Shown: piece after piece, positions 59,018 to 64,000 of the stretch | Numbering within the stretch: the stretch's first letter is position 1 | Layout of the letters: each line of letters opens with the position of its first letter | Origin: Chrysomallon squamiferum | Taxonomy: Eukaryota > Animalia > Mollusca | Length of the DNA stretch: 64,000 bases | Assembly: GCA_012295275.1 (NCBI GenBank) | Contig: CM022668.1 | Coordinates: forward strand, 14,508,001-14,572,000 | Reading direction: 5' to 3' | The notes under the pieces: generated by a model | Database searches by the model: none | The model's input: only the letters and a program-made list of their open reading frames with translations | Told to the model about the DNA's origin: nothing | Position numbers and translations under genes: made by a program

Positions 59018-61993
59018 GTAAGATGTTTTAAACTTGTAATAAATAAATTAATTAATTAATGAAAAGTGATACAGCTTGAAGTAAAATACTTGAAATTGAG
59101 AGAAAAGGGTATTAGTGGAGATTATAATGAAATATTTCAATACTTAAATAAATGAATTTATCACATAAATATTATTACGCTTTACTTATCAATTAAAATA
59201 TCTCTATTATGTTATTGACAAATGACTTTTCCGGATTAAAAGATCTATATGATGTAGATGTTTTCAGATAGAGAAATCGACAGACAAAGATAGAATAATC
59301 CAGCTAAGAAGAAATTAACTTTTTGAAAAATGCGTCAATAACTGAGTTACTAGTACGTCTTCCTTATTTTATTTTATTTTTTATTTTTATTATTATTATT
59401 TTTTTTTTTTCTTGGGATGTTCTGATAGAAAATACGAACGCCAGGAATTTGCCACTAAAAGGAAGTTTTCATAATCTTTTGACCTAATTGTCAGCAGATT
59501 TGCATGACTATTGTTTTAGTTATATTATCTTATTTTATTTATGTTATTGAATTGATTTTATTTTATTTTATTGGTTTATTTATTTATTTTTATTTATTTT
59601 AATATTATTACTAATTTTTTTTTTATATTCATTTTTATTTTATTTTTATTTAAATAATTCATTTTATTATTATTTTTAGTTCATTATTTTTATTTATTTA
59701 TTATTTTTATTTATGTATTTATTTATTTATTATTTTATATTCATTTATATTTTTATTTCTATTTATATATTTCATTTTATTTTTATTTTTATTTATTTTA
59801 TTTTTTATTATAATTATTTTTCGTTAGGATGTACGTCTAAAACAGCAATATTAACTAATAAATATGTGCAAATAAACGTTATGCAGTAGTAAGGAGTTAT
59901 TTTGTGTTTCGAATTAAATATTGAGAACTACACACATTGTAACAAAAGTACTTGTCTAGTTTTGAAAAAAAGAGCTTTCACTTCTCTATATCTCAATAAC
60001 TGATGTATTCTTCAAACATAAGTAGTTATTTTGTATGTAACTAAACTACTGATTGATTTTTGAAAGAAAGGGCGTTTGTTTGTATATTTTATTTATGCGC
60101 TCTGTGGTCTGTATGGATGTATGTGATTCTGTACTAGTTTGTGTTGTGGTTGTCTGCATGGCTGAAGAAACATAATTATCGATCAAAGGTTCATGTAACA
60201 TAAGACATTTGGTTCCTGTTATCTTTAAACAGCAAAACAAAATTAATAGAGACTACTTAGATGAGGTGAAAAACAATGTGTGGACCAAGGAAATAAGAAA
60301 TACTAGTTAATAAAGCTGTTAACCGGTGTAGAAATTCTGTCGAATGTAAAATGTTATTTTCGGAGAAATACCTTTTCCCTCAACAATATTTTTTTTTTTT
60401 CTACATTAAAACTAGCACTACTTTATCCCTAAAGCGTAGTAGGTTGAAGCCTAGAAGCCGAACAAGAGCAGGGAGCCATGCAATTTTTCTTTCTCTTAGT
60501 ACTAAATGTTAATACATTTTAAACGACAAATATTCCATGAACGTGACTGAAATTAATTTATAGAAATCCTCTTTGATGCGAGAGATCCCAAGGATCCGCT
60601 ATACTACCATAACAAATAAATTATGTCTCAATTTATATGAATTTTGACGCACTGTCACAGATGGACCGAATGCCTGATGGTCACCTCATAATATTTCTGT
60701 AGGTCAAAACTATCAAAGTTGAAACACAAAAAACATTTCGAAACCTTGACATTATTATTTACTTTTCACTTCTCGATACAAACTGCTTTGTAGAGAATTG
60801 TTTTTCTGTTCTTAACGGTATTAAGACTTACCTGTGATCCAGTCTCAAAGATGAGAAGCTCACTAATTCGGCATCAATCTATGTAAAATCGTCTGTGCAC
60901 TGCACATTAAATACTAACAACATTCTAGACGAGATTGTAGAAAGATCAAAGATAAAACTGAGATTTAATCACTGTGTGTAAAAGATAATATATGGATTCA
61001 ACAAGACGTTTCAAATTTAATAAAACTGTAAATGATATATTAGGAAATATACAATTTAATTAATTAATGAAAATATTTTACATAATATAAAAATATTTAA
61101 AGTTGATATAAAAATGTCACTAGTGGAGTTTCCTTTCTTCTCTTTTTTTGTAAGGATTTAAATTTATTCTATAATAAAATCTCATACTTAAATATTTCAC
61201 AACACTTAAATGACAAAAATTATCACTTGAATTTTATTTCTCTTTTTTATAAATTAAAATTGCTCTCGAATCTCGTTTCGTTATACATAAATGGATTGAT
61301 CAATATAAACGACTTTCTATATGCACATGCAGATTTTCAGGTAGTTAGATGAATGTATTAGTAGTAGGGCTACTGCTTCTTAAACAGTTTAGCAATTTTA
61401 AACTTGGGATGTCCTAATATTAAATGTGAACACCACGACGTTTTCACGTTCCTAGCACTGAAAAGCAGATTACGGAGAAATACATTTTTCCTCATGAGTA
61501 GAAGTCTCTTTCCAAACTTTTTTATAAAGCAACAATAAATAAACTATATTCACACATAATAATATATTTGATAAACAGATCTTTGCATATGGACATATTA
61601 TCAAATCTTACATATCAGTGCATTTATAAAGAACTGAACAAAACATTAATTCCACTTATACACGATTTACTGTCAGTGAGGTCTCATATAACAGACAAAT
61701 ATAAATACGAGTTTGTTGTTTTACTTCTCGGAGGTGACGAGTCCTGGTTGAGAATGACATTTCATGTTTTGAACTAATTGCCAGGAGAGTTGCATGATCA
61801 TTGCTTTAGTTATATTATATTATTTTATTTTATTTCGTTTTATTTTATTTCAATTTTATTTTATTTCTTTATTTTTTTTATATTCATTTTTACTTTTATC
61901 TTTATTTATTTTATTATATTTTATTATTTTATTTTATTTTGTTATATTTTATTTTATTTTATTTTATTTTATTTCATTTTTATTTAATTTAAT

Positions 61994-62044
<51 letters not shown>

Positions 62045-62084
62045 TTATTTATTTTATATTCATTTTTATTTTTATTTTTTATTA

Positions 62085-64000
62085 CCGTATATACTTGTGT
62101 ACAAGGCGACCTTATGTATAAGTTGATGTGTATTCTAAGACCAAAACTTGCGTCATTTTAGGTATTACTTGTGTATAAGTCGACTGTAGATTCCAGGCAC
62201 AGTCACTATTTTTAGACCAGTGTGACAGTGCCATGAAGGCCTACATTGTACGCCTACTGTAACATAACTTGAACGAGCTGTAACTTGCACGAACATATCA
62301 TAATAACGTAAATGCATGTATTACACGAGCTATAGCCTAAATGTATCATAAATAGTATCTCTTTAATGTAATAGGTCTAACATGGAGACCTAACTTACAG
62401 TTATATTTAGCCGTTCTATGATTTACAAAATGTTACGGCCACAGCCCTAAAATATTGTATATGATGCCAGGCAAACGAAATAAATATACTGCACAATTTA
62501 AGCTTGCAGTAATTAGATTTGCTGAAAATTCTAACAATTCTGCTGCTGGACGGGAGTATGGAGTCAGTGAAAAACTTGTTAGGGACTGGAGAAAAATGAC
62601 TTAAATTACTTGAAATGCCAAAAGTGAAGTGTACTGACAGAGGCAAAAAGTCAAAACATCCGGAAATAGAAAAGACACGTTTTTAAGTCGGATCAAGCAA
62701 GTAGACAAGACGGCTATATAGTTACAAGGGGTGCTATCCGTTTACAAGCACTTAAGTTAGCTAAGAAGACAGGAATTACGGATTTTAAAGCCAGTCCTGG
62801 TTGGTGCACGCTGTTCATGAAAAGGCATCATTTAGTCTTAAGAAAAAAAAAAAAATCACCCAGCGCTTACCCAGAGAGCTTGATGATAAAATAACAAGTT
62901 TTCACAGATTTGTTATCCGACATAGAGAGAAAAACAAGTATGCTTTGGCATGTATTGGCAACATGGATGAAACGCCAATGACGTTTGACATGCCATCGAA
63001 TAGAACTGTTAACAAGATCGGAGAAAAAACCGTGCTAGTGAAAACGACAGGCCATGAAAAGTCAAAATTCACCGTTATTTTAGGCTGTATGGCAGACGGA
63101 ACAAAGTTAAAACCTATGGTAGTTTTCAAGCGCAAAACTATGCCAAAAGAAAAATTTTCAAAGGGCGTATTAATACACGTACATCCAAAAGGTGGTTGGA
63201 TGAGGCCGGATGCAAGCTCTGGGTTAACCAAGTGTGGAGCAATCGTTCAGGTGGATTACAAAAAGAAAAGTCTTTGTTAGTATGGGACATGTTCAAAGCA
63301 CACCTGGTAGATTCTGTAAAAGAAGCTGTAAGACGAGAAAATACAGATTTGGCAGTCATCCCTGGGGGCCTAACAAGCATTTTACAACCTTTGGATGTCT
63401 CAATAAATAAGCCGTTTAAAGACACTGTTCGGCATTTTTGGAATCAGTGGATGCTAAATGGGGACAAGAAATTCACAAAAGGGGGCAATATGACTAGTTA
63501 CAGTGTGTGAGTGGGTACGTGACGCCTGGCAGCAGTTGGACCCGGCTATAATTGTTAAGGCCTTTCTGAAGTGTGGAATTTCAAATGCACTAGATGGGAC
63601 GGAGGATGACTATTTATGGCGCGAACCCAATGCCCTTGCTGATTCCGTTCAAGAAAATAGTCCCACAGGAGAGGATTCTGGGAATGATGACCCACTTGAC
63701 AGTGACGATGATCTTTATGATGATGCAATTAACACTGGCGGTATTGAAGAGTGGAATGAACTTTCTGGGTCAAGCGATAGTGATGGCGAAAATGACTTTG
63801 AAGGCTTTGAATAAACTTTTTGTTACACTAGATTATAGTATTACCCGGTAAATGTTGGATGTTTTGGAATTAAAATGTTTGTATTGTTGCAGTGTTTCAT
63901 AATTACCGGGATATATAGATCAAGGTCTATTTAAAGGTACGTGTGGATTTCCAGGCATTAGACGTAATTCAGTATTTAGTTAAATTTTGTAGATAAATTC
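62085..64000 (+). mobile_element. pogo-family (POGK-like) DNA transposon with a frameshifted transposase at 62461-63814; right end lies beyond the window
   Basis: TA|CCGTATATACTTGTGTACAAG left TIR; MMPGKRNKYTAQFKLAVIRFAENSNNSAAGREYGVSEKLVRDWRK (HTH); catalytic motifs GNMDETP, LVWDMFKAH, LQPLDVSINKPFK; KAFLKCGISNALDGTEDD; acidic tail. Confidence 0.93.

Overview
AT-rich, microsatellite-rich eukaryotic genomic DNA, inferred to be from an invertebrate (probably a mollusc), with one 200-N gap. (1) 1-18.6 kb: a decaying, partly duplicated NSF (vesicle-fusing ATPase) locus. One copy has a dead D1 domain, and a second 3' (D2) copy has an open frame. Between them lie tandemly duplicated MULE/LINE debris. 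(2) 21.4-30.4 kb: three orphan low-complexity protein genes. A Lys-rich gene and a Glu-rich gene sit head-to-head. Each has a 63-nt signal-peptide exon that the ORF track misses, and their promoters are inverted homologous copies. A third, convergent exon shares a cationic-helix motif with the Lys-rich gene. (3) 30.5-62 kb: a GIMAP/AIG1 locus built from segmental duplications. About ten copies of a TATA + 'ATG GCT TCG G|GTAAG' first-exon cassette, some with GAS/ISRE-like motifs, are scattered upstream of, among and after three symmetric phase-1 GTPase exons with degenerate G2/G3 and arginine-finger motifs. (4) 62-64 kb: a frameshifted pogo-type transposon. All calls come from manual reading and translation; no database searches were run.
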